Positions 50,355-62,992 of a DNA stretch of 63,238 nt are shown piece by piece; the first letter of the stretch is position 1; every line of letters starts with the position of its first letter. Location of the stretch: contig NC_091999.1 of assembly GCF_044704955.1 (NCBI RefSeq), positions 48,174,763-48,238,000 of the forward strand, given 5' to 3'. The notes under the pieces were generated by a model. It saw nothing but the letters and a program-made list of their open reading frames with translations, did not search any database and was not told the origin of the DNA. This DNA is from Pristiophorus japonicus (taxonomy: Eukaryota). The position numbers were made by a program, and so were the translations under genes.

Positions 50355-51066
50355 ATATCTTGATCTGGGTGTCATGGTACATCAGTCATTGATTGTTGGT
50401 ATGCAGGTGCAGAAGGCGGTAAAGAAGGCAAATGGCATGTTCGCCTTATGAGCGAGGGGATTTGAGAATAGGAGCAGGGAGGTTTTACTACAATTGTACA
50501 ACTTGGTGAGGCTACACCTTAAATATTGTGTTCAGTTTTGGTCTCCAAATCTGAGGAAGGACGTTCTTGCTATTGAGGAAACACAGCGAAGGTTCACTAG
50601 CATGATTCCCGGAATGGCAGGACTGACATATGACGAGAGACTGGATCAACTGGGCTGGTATCCACTGGAGTTTAGAAGAATGAGAGGGGATCTCATAAAA
50701 ACATATAAAATTCTGACGAGATTGGACAGCTTCGAGGCTGGAAGAATGTTCTCGTTGCTGGGGTGTTCGAGACCAAGGATCACAGTCTAAGAATAAGGTG
50801 TAAGCAATTTAGGACCGAGATGAGGAGAAACTTCTTCATTCAGAGAGTGGTTAACCTGTGAAATTTTCTACCGCAGAATGACGTTGAGGCCAGTTCGTTA
50901 GATATTTTCAAAAGGACCCTTATGGCTAAAGGGATCAAGGGGTATGGACAGAAAGCAGGAATGGGGTGCTGAGGTTGAACGATGAGCCATGATCTTATTG
51001 AATGATGGTGCAGGCTCGAAGTGCCAAATGGCATATACCTGCACCTAATTTCTATATTTCTATGTT
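50355..51066 (+). mobile_element. CR1 3' fragment amplified with the tRNA unit (unit 1)
   Basis: DLGVMVHQSL to tail; same 5' breakpoint in units 2 and 3. Confidence 0.9.
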
Positions 51067-51586
51067 GATGCGTGTACATCTTTGGTTATTGTGTGTGCAT
51101 GCCTATCTGTATGTATGTATCTGTGTACGTGCAACTCTTTATGGAAATCATCACGATGAATTTGGTACGTCCTGGAACTTTTTAAAAAACTTGCGGAAAA
51201 TAATATGGTTGTGATCTCTGATATCGGTTTTGGTTCAGTGGCTCCATTCTCGACTGAATCAGGAGGTTGTGTGTGTAAGTCCCACTTCTGAGACTTGAAC
51301 ACATCATCTTGGCTGACACTCAAATGCAGTACTTGGGGAATGTTGCATTGTTGAAGCTGTTGACCATCGGCTGAAATTTTAAATTGAAGCTCCATCTGCA
51401 CACTCGGGTGGATGTGAAAGTTCCCAGAGCCTTAGTCGAAAAAGAATAGGAGAGTTGCGCCCGTGTCAATATAACGAAAAATGTTCGTAAATGCTCCCTG
51501 AAATCCTATGTGTCTGTGTGTCGCTGTGGGCGTGGAGCTGAAGCTCAGATTCTCACAGGCAGAGCCCAAGTTCTGACAGGATCAGG

Positions 51587-51669
51587 ACCAGGATGGCCGA
51601 GTGGTAAATGCGTTGGACTTAAGATCTAATGGGTTTATACCCGCGTGGGTTTGAACCCCAGTCCTGGTA
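51587..51669 (+). tRNA. trnL-TAA: tRNA-Leu(TAA), mildly degenerate (probably pseudogene)
   Basis: Full 83-nt body; TTCG>TTTG B-box, D-stem and T-stem mismatches. Confidence 0.75.
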
Positions 51670-52762
51670 ATTCCTTAATTAAAAGTAGATTTTTCCCATC
51701 CTGCTCAGTGATACACGATTCTCAAATGCTGACTCTCCAATTTTCTGTAACGATATGACACTCTGAGTCTATAATGAAATGAAATTGTGAAATGTATCTG
51801 TGTCGCTCGGTCTCTGCCGCTCTCTCTCTTTAGAGAGCTGTGTTTGTGTTTGTGTGTTTGAGTCTTTGTCTCTCTCAGTCTGCCTCTCTCTGACACACTC
51901 TGTCTGTCCCTGTTTCTCTGTTTGTCTCTGTCTCTCAATCTGTCTCTTACTCACGGTGTCTCGTTCTGTTGCAAAGGGATTCTCTCAGACTCTCTGTCTG
52001 ACTGTCTCTTTCTGTCCCATTATCTCTGTCTGTCCATGTCTTTGCCTGTCTCTGTTAGTCCCTGACTCTAACCTGATAAGTATTTCCATTATTTTCTGTT
52101 TTTGTCTCTGATAATCTCTCTCTCTATCTGTCTTTCTCTCTATTTGTCTCCCTCTTTGTCTCTCTCTTTGTCCCTGTCCTTTTCTCTGTCATTCCATCGT
52201 TATTTGCCTCCCTCTCTTTAAGGAGCACACAAATGCATCTCTGTGTATGTATGTGTTTGAGTCTTTTTTCATTCAGTCTGGTCCTCCCTTTCAGACTCAA
52301 TGTTTATCTCTCTCTTTGTCTCTATCTCACTGTCTGTCTCTCCCTGTTTCCCTGTTTGTCTCTGGTTCTCAATGTGTCTGTCTCTTTCTCACCGTGTCCA
52401 GTGGTAGTTCCTGTCTCTAACCTGCTGAGTATTTCCATCATTTTCTGTTTATATCTTTGTCTCTCTCTCTATCTGTCGCTCACTCTCTATCTGTCTCTCA
52501 CCTTGTCACTGTCTTTATCACTGTCTTTCTCTCACTCTTTCCCTCTCTCTTTTTATAGATCACACACACGCATCTCTCGTTATATTTAGGTGTTTGAGTC
52601 TTTTTCTCGCTGACTCTGACTGACTTTTCAGTCTCACGCTTTCTGTCTCTCGTTGTCTCTCTCTCGCTGTCTGCCTATCCCTGTTTATCGGTTTGTCTCT
52701 GTCGATCAATGTTTCTGTCGACTTCGGTTCACAGCTCGATTACTGCTCGGATGCAACCCGTT

Positions 52763-52834
52763 CTCTCGTCCGTGTCGTGCCGATTATGCCCCCCTTTTCC
52801 GCGGGAGAACCAGGTTCAATTCCCCGACGGAAAA
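52763..52834 (+). pseudogene. trnD-GTC: tRNA-Asp pseudogene
   Basis: gcgggagaaccaggttcaattccccgacgg; paralogous position in the unit. Confidence 0.7.
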
Positions 52835-53037
52835 GCAGCTTTTTCTAAATGTCGAATTTTACTTCTGTTTCTTGGTATAGATTTTATTAAAAAGTTCCAC
52901 AGCAATATAGAACAGTAAAAATACAGCAAGAGGAGATTGCCTCTTACAGATCTTTTGCAAACGGAGACTTTTTCAGGATTCTGTGGCCGTCTGTTGCAGA
53001 GTTTATTCTGAGTAACATTTAAAGGGCCAGAGAAGCA

Positions 53038-53119
53038 GTAGTTGTTGCCGAGTGGTTAAAGCGATGGTCCAGAAATCCTTTCGGTTTTCTGCGTGTAGTT
53101 TCGAATCCTGCCGACTACA
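53038..53119 (+). pseudogene. trnS-AGA: tRNA-Ser(AGA) pseudogene
   Basis: GTAGTTGTTGCCGAGTGGTTAAAGCGATGGTCCAGAAATCC..TTCGAATCCTGCCGACTAC. Confidence 0.85.
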
Positions 53120-53631
53120 ATTCACAGCATTTTTCATTCCATTTTACAATTTAACCAGGTTTTTGCAAAACGGATCCTGAGATCGGCAGAATAGCGTCCC
53201 ACACATTTCAACACTGACATCTATTTCTCATTTTTATTCATCTGCAATATTCATGATTCATACGGATAGAAAAACGCAAAAATTAGCCAAAGTAGCGACA
53301 GTGATTTAGTCTGTCTATCCGTCTATATGTCAAAATCATGTCTGTTGGTGCATGTATATTTTTGGTTATGTGTGTGGGTGTGTGTGTCTCTGAGTCTTTC
53401 TATCTGTATATATGTCTCTGTGTATGTGCAACTGTCTGTGGAAATCATCACCATGAATTTGGTATGTGCTCAACATTTTTAAAAAGACTTGGGGAAAATA
53501 ATACGGTTGTGAACCTTGGTATCGGCTTTGGTTCAGTGGCAGTATCCTCGACTGAAAAACGCAAAAGACAGCCAAAGTTGCGACAGTGACCCTGCCTGTC
53601 TATCCATCTACTTGTCTAAGGCAATCTTTGT

Positions 53632-54358
53632 ATATCTTGATCTGGGTGCCATGGTACATCAGTCATTGATTGTTGGTATGCAGGTGCAGCAGATGGTGAA
53701 GAAGGCAAATGGCATGTTCCCCTTCATAGCTAGGGGATTTGAGTATAGGAGCAGGGAGATCTTACTGCATTTGTACAGGGCCTCCGTGAGGCCACAACTG
53801 GAATACTGTGTTCAGTTTTGGTCTCCGAATCTGAGGAAGGACGTCCTTGTTATTGAGGGAGTACAGCGTAAGTTCACCAGCATGATTCCCGGGATGGCAG
53901 GACTGACATATGAGGAGAGACTGGATGAACTGGGCTGGTATCCACTGGAGTTTAGCAGAATGAGAGGAGATCAGAAGAAACATGAAAAATTATGACGAGA
54001 TTGGACAGCTTAGAGGCTGGAAGAATGTTCTCGGTGCTGGGGAGTTCGAGATCAAGGATCACAGTCTAAGAGTAAGGGGTAAGCCATTTAGAAACCGAGA
54101 TGAAGAGAAACGTCTTCAGTGAGAGAGTGGATAACCTCTGAAATTTTCCACTGCAGAAAGTCGTTGAGGCCAGTTCATTAGATATATTCAAAAGAGAGTT
54201 AGGTATTGCCCTTACGGCTAAAGGGATGAAGGCGTATAGAGAGGAAGCAGGAAAGGGGTACTGAGGTTGAATGATCAGCCATGATGTTATTGAATGGTAA
54301 TGCAGGCTCGAAGGGCCGAATGGCATATTCCTGCACCTAATTTCTATGTTTCTATGTT
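53632..54358 (+). mobile_element. CR1 3' fragment (unit 2)
   Basis: ORF 53516..53995 carries CR1 RT C-terminal motifs. Confidence 0.9.
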
Positions 54359-54874
54359 GAAGCGTGTATATTTTTGGTTATTGTGTGTGCGTGTGTCTGT
54401 GCATGTCTATCTGTATGTATGTCTCTGTGTATATGCAACTGTCTGTGGAAATCATCACCATGAATTTGGTACGTCCCGGAACTTTTTAAAAAACTTGGGG
54501 AAAATAATACAGTTGTGAACGTTGGTATCGGTTTTGGTTCAGTGGTTCCACTCTCGACTGAATCAGGAGGTTGTGTGTGTAAGTCCCACTCCTGAGACTT
54601 GAACCCATAATCTTGGCTGACACTCAAATTCAGTACTTGGGCAATGTTGCATTGTTGAAGCTGTTGACCATCGGCTGAAATTTTCAATTGATGCTCCATC
54701 TGCACCCTCGGGTAGATGTGCAAGTTCCCAGAGCCTTAGTCGAAATATAATAGGAGAGTTGCGCCCGTGTCAATGTAACGAAAAATGTTTGTAAATGCTC
54801 CCTGAAATCCGATATGTCTGGAGCTGAATCCCAGATTCTCACAGAGGCTGAGTCCAACCCATGACAGGATCAGG

Positions 54875-54957
54875 ACCAGGATGGCCGAGTGGTAAAGGCG
54901 TTAGACTTAAGATCTAATGGGTTTATACCCGCGTGGGTTCGAACCCCACTCCTGGTA
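54875..54957 (+). tRNA. trnL-TAA: tRNA-Leu(TAA), apparently intact
   Basis: All stems pair (ACCAGGA/TCCTGGT, GCC/GGC, TTAGA/TCTAA, GGGT/ACCC, GTGGG/CCCAC); A and B boxes intact; T5 run about 20 nt downstream. Confidence 0.9.
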
Positions 54958-56084
54958 ATTCCTTAATTAAACAGATATTTTTCTCATCCTGCTCAGTGAT
55001 TCCCAATTTTCATCTGCTGAATCTCTAGTTTTCTGTAACTATGTGACACTCTGAGCAGATAATGAAATTAAATTGTGAAATGTCTCTGCCGCTCTCTCTC
55101 TTTCGAGAGCTGTGTGTTTGAGTCTTTGTCTCTCTCTGACCCACTCTGTCTATCGCTGTCTCTCAATCTGTCTCTTTCTCATGGTATCTAGTACTGTTGC
55201 AATGGGATTCTCTCAGACTCTCTGTCTGACTGTCTCTCTGTGTCCCATTATCTCTGTCTGTCCATGTCTTTGCCTGTCTCTGTTAGTCCCTGTCTCTAAC
55301 CTGATAAGTATTTCCATTATTTTCTGTGTTTGTCTCTATGTCTCTCTCTCTCTATCTGTCTTTCTCTCTATCTGTCGCCCTCTTTTTCACTCTCATTGTC
55401 CCTGTCATTTTCTCTGTCATTCCATCAATATTTGCCCCCCCCTCTCTTTTTGGAGCACGCAAATACATCTCTGTGTATGTATGTGTTTGAGTCTTTTACT
55501 CATTCAGTCTGATCCTCCCTTTCAGTCTCAAACTTTCTGTCTCTCTTTGTCTCTATCTCGCTGTCTGTCTCTCCCTGTTTCCCTGTTTGTCTCTGGTTCT
55601 GAATCTGTCTGTCTCTTTCTCACGGTGTCCAGTTCTGTTCGAAAGGGATTCACTCAGTCTCTCTGTCTGACTGTCTCACTCTTTCCCATCATCTCTCTCT
55701 GTCTATGTTTCTGCCTATCTGTCTCTCTTTGCCTGTCGCTGGTCGTTGCTACCTCTAACCTGCTGAGTATTTCCATCATTTTCTGTTTATATCTGTCTCT
55801 CTCTCTATCTGTCGCTCTCTCTCTATCTGTCTCTCTCCTTGTCACTGTCTTTCTCTCACTCTTTCCCTCTCTCTCTTTATAGATCACACACACATCTCTG
55901 TATATGTAGGTGTTTGAGTCTTTTTCTCACTGAGTCTGCCTCACTTTTCAGTCTCACCCTTTCTGTCTCGCGTTGTCTCTCTCTCTCGCTGTCTGTCGAT
56001 CTCTGTTTGCCGGTTTGTCTCTGTCGATCAATGTGTCTGTCGACTTCTGTTGACAGCTCGATTACTGCTCTAACGCAACCCATA

Positions 56085-56156
56085 TCCTCGTCCGTGTTGT
56101 GGTGATTTTCCCCGCTTGTTATACGGGAGAACCGGGTTCCATTTCCCGACGGCGCA
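56085..56156 (+). pseudogene. trnD-GTC: tRNA-Asp pseudogene
   Basis: TCCTCGTCCGTGTTGTGGTGA..CGGGAGAACCGGGTTCCATTTCCCGACGG. Confidence 0.75.
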
Positions 56157-56373
56157 GCAGTTTTTTCAAAATGTCGAATTTTACTTCTGTTTCTTGGTAT
56201 AGATTTTATTAAAAAGATCCAGAGCAATATAGAACAGTAAACATACAGCAAGAGGAGATTGCCTCTTCAGATTTTTTGCAAACGGAGACTTTTTCAGGAT
56301 TCTGTGGCCGTCTGCTGCACAGAGATGGACGACTGAGTTTTTTCTGAGTAACATTTAAAGTGCCAGAGACGCA

Positions 56374-56455
56374 GTAATTGTGGCCGAGTGGTTAAAGCGA
56401 TGGATTAGAAATACTTTGGGTTTTCTGCGCGTAGGTTAGAATCCTGCCGACTACG
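56374..56455 (+). pseudogene. trnS-AGA: tRNA-Ser(AGA) pseudogene
   Basis: GTAATTGTGGCCGAGTGGTTAAAGCGATGGATTAGAAAT..GGTTAGAATCCTGCCGACTACG. Confidence 0.85.
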
Positions 56456-56974
56456 ATTCTCAGCATTTTTCATTCCATTTTACATTTTAACCAGGTTTTG
56501 GCAAAAATGATCCGGAGATAGATGGAATAACGTCCCACACCTTTCAACACTGAAATTTTTTTCACATTTCTATTAGTCTGCAATATTCACGATACATACG
56601 GATAGAAAAATGCAAATATCACCCAATGTAGTGACTCAGCCTGTCTATCCTTCGATATGTCTAAGGCATCTGTGCATGTCAGTTGGTGCATGTATATTTT
56701 TGGTTATGTGTGTGTGTGTGTGTGTTTGTGTCTGTGTCTGTCTATCTGTATATATGTATCTGTGTATGTGCAACTATCTGTGGAAATCATCACCATGAAT
56801 TTGGTATGTCCTGAAACTTGTTCAAAAGACTTGGAGAAAATAATACGTTTGTGAACTTTTGTTTCGGCTCTGGTTCAGTGGCAGCATTCTCGACGGAAAA
56901 ACGCAAAGGCCAGCCAAAGTAGCGACAGTGACCCTGCCTGTCTATCCGTCTATTTGTCTAAGGCACTCTGTGTA

Positions 56975-57688
56975 TATCTTGATCTGGGTGTCATGCTACA
57001 TCTGTCATTGAAAGTGGGCATGCAAGTACAACAGGCGGTGAAGAAGGCAAATGGCATGTTCGCCTTCATAGCTAGGGGATTTGAATATAGGAGCAGGGAA
57101 GTCTTCCTGCAGTTGTACACGTTAAATATTTTGTTAGTTTTGGTCTCCAAATCTGAGGAAGGACGTCCTTGCTATTAATGGAGCGCAGCGAATGTTCACC
57201 AGCTTGATTCCAGGGATGGCAGGACTGACATATTAGGATAGACTGGATCAACTCTGCTGGTATCCACTGGAGTTTAGAAGAATGAGAGGGGATCTCATAG
57301 AAACATATAAAATTCTGACGAGATTGGACAAGTGAGAGGCCGGAAGAATGTTGCTGTTGCTGGGGAGTTCGAGAACCAGGGGTCACAGTCTAAGAATAAG
57401 CGGTAAGCCATTTAGAACCAAGATGAGGAGAAACAGCTTCATTCAGAGAGTGGTTAACCTGTGGAATTCTCTACCGCAGAAAGTTGTTGAAGCCAGTTCG
57501 TTAGCTATATTGAAGAGTGAGTCAGATATGGCCCTTACGGCTCAAGGGATCAAGGGATATGGAGAGAAAGGAGGATATAGGTACTGAGGTTGAAAGATCA
57601 GCTATGATCTTATTGAATGGTGGTGCAGGCTCGAAGGGCCAACGGCTTACTCCTGCAACTAATTTATATGTTTCTATGATTCTATGTT
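56975..57688 (+). mobile_element. CR1 3' fragment (unit 3)
   Basis: DLGVM..QVQQAVKKANGM..RVVNLWNSLPQ; tail. Confidence 0.9.
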
Positions 57689-58192
57689 AATGCGTGTATA
57701 TTTTTGGTTATTTTATGTGTGTGTGTGTCTGTGTATTTCTATCTGTATCTATGTCTCTGTGTATGTGCAACGCTCTATGGAAATCATCACCAAGAATTTG
57801 GTATGTCCTGGAACATTTATAAAAACTTGGGGAAAATAATACGGTTGTGATCTTTGGTATCGGCTTTGTTTCAGTGGCTCCATTCAAAAGGTCGTGTGTG
57901 TAAGTCCCTCTCCTGAGACTTGAGCGCATCATCTTGGCTGACAGTCAAATGCAGTACTTAGGGAATTTTGCATTGTTGAAGCTGTTGACCATCGGATGAA
58001 ATGTAAAATTGAAGCTCCGCCTGCACTCTCGGATGGCTGTGAAAGGTCCAGAGCATTACTCGAAAAAGAATAGGAGAGTTGCCCCGTGTCAGTATCACGA
58101 AAAATGTTCGAAAATGCTCCCTTACACCCTCTGTCTATGGGGGTGGAGTTGAAGCCCAAATTCTAACAGAGACAAAGCCCGTTTCTGCCAGG

Positions 58193-58275
58193 CCCAGGAT
58201 GGCCGAGTGGTTAAGGTGTTGGACTTAAAATCCAATGGATTTATAACTGCCCGGGTTCGAACCCCACAACTGGTA
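58193..58275 (+). pseudogene. trnL-TAA: tRNA-Leu(TAA) degenerate copy
   Basis: A and B boxes intact but acceptor and T stems mismatched. Confidence 0.8.
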
Positions 58276-58604
58276 ATTGTTTAATTAAACAGAGATTATT
58301 TCCCAGGCTGCTCATGATACCCGATTTACCTCTGTTGCATGTGCATGTTTCGGTGACACTCTGAGCAGATAATGAAATGTATCTGCGTCGCTCAGTCTCC
58401 ACCTCTCTCTTTCGAAAGCTGTGTATGTGTTTGAGTCTTTGTCGCTCGAAGTCTGCCTCTGTCTCGTTCTCACTGTGTCCAATTCTGTTCCAAAGGGATT
58501 CTCTCAGACTCTCTGTCTGACCGTCTCTCTCTTTACCTGTCTGTGTTGGTCACTGTCTCTCACCTGATGAGTCATTCTATCATTTTCTGTTTTTATTTCT
58601 ATGC

Positions 58605-58636
<32 letters not shown>

Positions 58637-59379
58637 ATCTGTCTTTCTCTATATCTGTCTCCCTCTTTGTCTCTGTCTTTTTCTTGTCATTCCATCACTA
58701 TTTGCCTCCCTCTCTTTATGGAGCACGCAAACACATCTCTGTGTATGTAAGTATTTGATTCTTTGTCTCAATCAGTCTGACCCTCCCTCTCAGTCTAAAA
58801 CTTTCTGTCTATCTCTGTCTCTATCTCGCTGTCTGTCTCTCCCTGTTTCCCTGTTTGTCTCTGTCTCTCAATATGTCTGTCTCTTTCTCACGGTGTCCAG
58901 TTCTGTTCGAATGGGATTCTCTCAATCTCTCTGTCTGACTGTCTCTCTCTATTCCATCATCTCTGTCTGTCTATGCCTCTGCCTGTCTGTATCTCTTTGC
59001 CTGAGGCTGTTAGTTCCTGTCTCTAACCTGCTGAGTATTTCCATCATTGTCTGTTTATATCTTTGTCTCTCTCTATATCTGTCGCTCTCTCTCTATCTGT
59101 CTCTGTCCTTGTCACTGTCATTAACACTGTCTTTGTCTCACTCTTTCCCTCTCTCTCTTTATAGAGCACACACATATCTCTGTATATGTATGTGTTTGAG
59201 ATTTTTTCTCACTGCGTCTGCCTCTTCTTCTGAGTCTCACACTTTCTGTCTCTCGTTCTCTCTATCTCGTTGTCTGTCTCTCCCTGTTTGTCGGTTTGTC
59301 TCTGTCTCTCAATGTGTCTCGCTACTTCTCATGGAGTCCAGTTCTCTTCACAGTTCGATACCTGCGTTGACGAAACCCA

Positions 59380-59451
59380 CATTCGTTGGTATAGTGCTTA
59401 GTATCCCGGCCTGTTATGCAGAAGACAGGGTTTCAATTCTCCAACGGACAG
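59380..59451 (+). pseudogene. trnD-GTC: tRNA-Asp pseudogene
   Basis: ttcgttggtatagtgcttagtatcccggcctgtta..gggtttcaattctccaacgg. Confidence 0.7.
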
Positions 59452-59638
59452 GAAGCTTTTTCAAAATGTAGGATTTTACTTCTGTTTCTTGGTATAGATT
59501 CATATTAAAAAGTTCCAGTGCAATGCAGAATAGTAAAAATATAGGAAGAGGAGATTTTTTCAGAATTCTGTGTCATCTGCTGCAGAGAGGTGGATGATTG
59601 AGTTTTATCTGAGTAACATTTAAAGAACTAATGAGTCA

Positions 59639-59720
59639 GTAGTCGTGACCAAGAGGTTACAGCGATAAACTCGAAAATCCATCGTATTTTTCCGCTGAAG
59701 GTCGAAACCTGCCGACTACG
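59639..59720 (+). pseudogene. trnS: tRNA-Ser pseudogene
   Basis: GTAGTCGTGACC..GGTCGAAACCTGCCGACTACG. Confidence 0.8.
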
Positions 59721-60473
59721 ATTCTCAGCATTTTTCATTCCATTTCACAATTTAACCAGGTCTCTGCAAAACTCATCCTGAGATAGATGGAATAACGTCC
59801 CACACCTTTCAAAACTGTCATTTTTTAAATCATTTTATTAAACTGCAATATTCACGATACTTTCGTGTAGAAAAACGCAAAAATCAGCCAAAGTTGCGAC
59901 AGTGATTCAGCCTGGCTATCCCTCTCGATGTCTAAGACATCTGTCCTTGTCCGTTGTTGCGAGTATATTTTTGCTTATGTGTGTGTGTGTCTGTGTCTGT
60001 CTATCTGTATATATATATATATATCTGTGTATGTGCAACTGTCTGTATAAATCATCACCATGAATTTGGTATGTCATGGAACTTCTTAAAAAGATTTGAT
60101 GAAAATAATAGGGTTGTGAACTTTGATATCGGCTTTGGTTGAGTGGCGGTATTCTCGACTGAATCAGGAGTTTGTGTGTTTCAGTCCCACTCCTGAGACT
60201 AGAGCAGATAATCTTGGCAGACACTTAAGTGCAGTACTTGGGGAATTTTGCAATGTTGAAGCTGTTGACTTTCGGAAGATATTTTAAATTAAAGCTCCGT
60301 CTGCACCCTCGGGTGGATCACAGCATTACTCGAAAAAGAATAGGAGAGTTGCCCCCGTGTCAATATTACGAAAAATGTTCCTAAATGCTCACTGAAACCC
60401 GGTGTGTTTGTGTGTCTGTGGGGTGGAGTTGAAGCCCAGATTCTCACAGAGACAGAATCGAAACACTGGAAGG

Positions 60474-60555
60474 ACCAGGGTGGCCGAGTGGTTAAGGCGT
60501 TGGCCTTAAAATTCAATGGGATTTTCCCACGCGAGTTCGGTCCCCACTCCTCGAA
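60474..60555 (+). pseudogene. trnL-TAA: tRNA-Leu(TAA) pseudogene
   Basis: ACCAGGGTGGCCGAGTGGTTAAGGCGTTGGCCTTAAAA; 3' end degenerate. Confidence 0.8.
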
Positions 60556-60972
60556 TCTCTTTAATTTATCACTGATTTTGCCCCATGCTGATCAGTGATA
60601 CCTGAGTTTCATCTGCAGAATCAACAATTTTCTGTTGCTCTGTGACATTCTGAGCCGAAAATGAAATGAAATTGTGAAATGTATCTGTGTATCTCAGTCT
60701 CTGCCTTTCTGTCTTTAGAGAACTGTGCATGTGTTTGTGTGCTTGAGTCTGAGTCTGCCTCTCCCTGACTCACTCTGTTTGTGCCTGTTTTTCTGTTTGT
60801 CTCTGTCTCTCAATCTGTCTCTTTCTCACGGTGCCCACGTCTGTTCCAATAGGATTCTCTCAGATTCTATGTCTGACTGTCTCTCTCTTTCCCATCATCT
60901 CTGCCCATGTCTTTGCCTGTCTCACTTTGTCCCTGTCTCTAACCTGATGAGTATTTTCATCATTTTCAGTTT

Positions 60973-62940
60973 TAGAAACATAGAAACATAGAAAATAGCT
61001 GCAGAATTAGGCCATTAGGCCCCTCGAGCCTGCGCCGCCATTCACTATGTTCATGGCTGACCATTCCTTCAGTTCCCCTTTCCTGCTTTCTCTCCATACC
61101 CCTTCACCCCTTATCCGTAAGGGCCATATCTAACTCCCTCTTGAATATAACCAATGAACTGGCATCAACAACTCTCTGCGGCAGGGAATTCCACAGGTCA
61201 ACAACTCTCTTAGTGAAGAAGTTTCTCCTCATCTCAGTGCCAAATGGCCTACCCCTTATCCTAAGACTATGTCCCCTAGTTCTGGACTTCCCGAACATCG
61301 AGAACTTTCTTCCCGCATCTAACCTGTACAGGCCCGTCAAAATCTTATATATTTCTATGAGATCCCCTCTCATCATTCTAAACGCCAGTGAATAAAGGCA
61401 CAGTTGATCGAATCTCTCCTCATATGACAGTCCTGCCATCCCTGGAATCAGTCTGTTGACAATATCGGACCGAGTCAGCATGAATTTATGAAAGGGAAAT
61501 CATGCTTGATGAATCTTCTGGAATTTTTTGAGGATGTAACGAGTAGAGTGGACAAGGGAGAACCAGTGGATGTGGTGTATTTGGACTTTCAATAGGCTTT
61601 TGACAAGGTACCGCACAAGAGATTGGTGTACAAAGTCCAAGTGCATGGTATTGGGATTAATGTACTGACGTGAATAGAGAACTGTTTGGCAACTGGTTTG
61701 CTGCACTCCCTCAATAGCAAGAACGTCCTTCCTCAGACTATGAGACCAAAACTGAATACAATATACCAGGTCTGGCCTCACTAAGGCCTTGTACAACTGC
61801 AGTAAGGTCTCCCTGCTCCTTTATTCAAATCCCCTAGCTATGAAGGCCAGCTTTCCATTTGCATTCTTTACCACCTTCTGTACCTGCGTGCCCACTTTCA
61901 GTGACTGATGAACCATGACACGCAGGTCTCGTTGCACCTCCCCTTTTTCTAGTCTGCCGCCATTCAGATAATATTCTGCCTTCGTGTTTTTGCCCCCAAA
62001 ATGGATAATCTCACATTTATCCACATTATACTGCATCTGCCATATATTTGCCCACTCACCTAACGTGTCCAAGTCACCCTGCAGCCTCTTAGCATCCTCC
62101 TCACAGCTCGGACCACCACCCAGTTTAGTGTCATCCACAAACTTGGAGATATTACACTCTATTCCTTCAACCAAATCGTTAATGTATATTGTAAAGAGTT
62201 GGGGTCCCAGCACTGAGCCCTGCGGCACCTCACTAGTAACTGCCAGCATTTCTGAAAATGACCTGTTTATCCAGATTCTCTGCTTCCTGTCTGCCAACCA
62301 GTTCTCTATCCAGGTCAGTACATTAATTCCAATATCATGCGCTTGGATTTTGTGCACCAATCTCTTGTGCGGGACCTTGTCAAAAGCCTATTGAAATCCC
62401 AATACACCACATCGACTGGTTCTCTCTTGTCCACTCTACTAGTTACATCCTCAAAAAATTCCAGAAAATTCGTCAAGCATGATTTCCCTTTCATAAATCT
62501 ATGCTGACTCGGTCCGATCCTGTCAGTGCTTTCCAAATGGGCTGCTATATCATCCTTAATGATTGATTCCAACATTTTCCCCACTACTGATGTCAGGCTA
62601 ACTGGTCTATAATTACCCGCTTTCTCTCTCCCTCCTTTTAAAAAAAAAGTGCCATCACATTAGCTACCCTCCAGTCAATAGGAATTGATACAGAGTCGAT
62701 AGATTGTTGGAAAATGATCACCAATGCATCCACTATTTCTAGGGCCACTTCCTTAAGTACTCTGGGATGCAGACTATCAGGACCCAGGGATTTATCGGCC
62801 TTTATTCCCATCAATTTCCCGAACACAATTTCCCGCCAATAAGGATATCATTCAGTTCCTCATTCTCACTAGACTCACAGGCCCCTAGTACATTTTGAAG
62901 GTTTTTTGTATCTTCCTTTGTAAAGACAGAACCGAATTAT
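60973..62940 (-). mobile_element. CR1 LINE (~2 kb) inserted in tRNA unit 5, containing an internal inverted insertion
   Basis: ORFs 61104..61481, 61821..62360, 62315..62584, 62638..62826; the unit's CT tract resumes at 62941. Confidence 0.95.
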
Positions 62941-62992
62941 TGTCTCTATCTCTCTCTATATCTGTCTTTCTCTCTATCTGTCTCCCCCTTTG

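Larger units (their letters stand above)
48540..60972 (+). repeat. Tandem tRNA-gene array; ~2.3-3.3 kb unit (Leu, CT-rich tract, Asp, Ser, optional CR1, DeuSINE half), about 4.3 units
   Basis: tRNA-Leu at 48666, 51587, 54875, 58193 and 60474; spacers align between units. Confidence 0.95.

Noticed and set aside
48860-60990. Cys/Leu/Ser-rich ORFs (e.g. 55112..55882, 58755..59471)
   Set aside because: Translations of CT-rich microsatellite tracts
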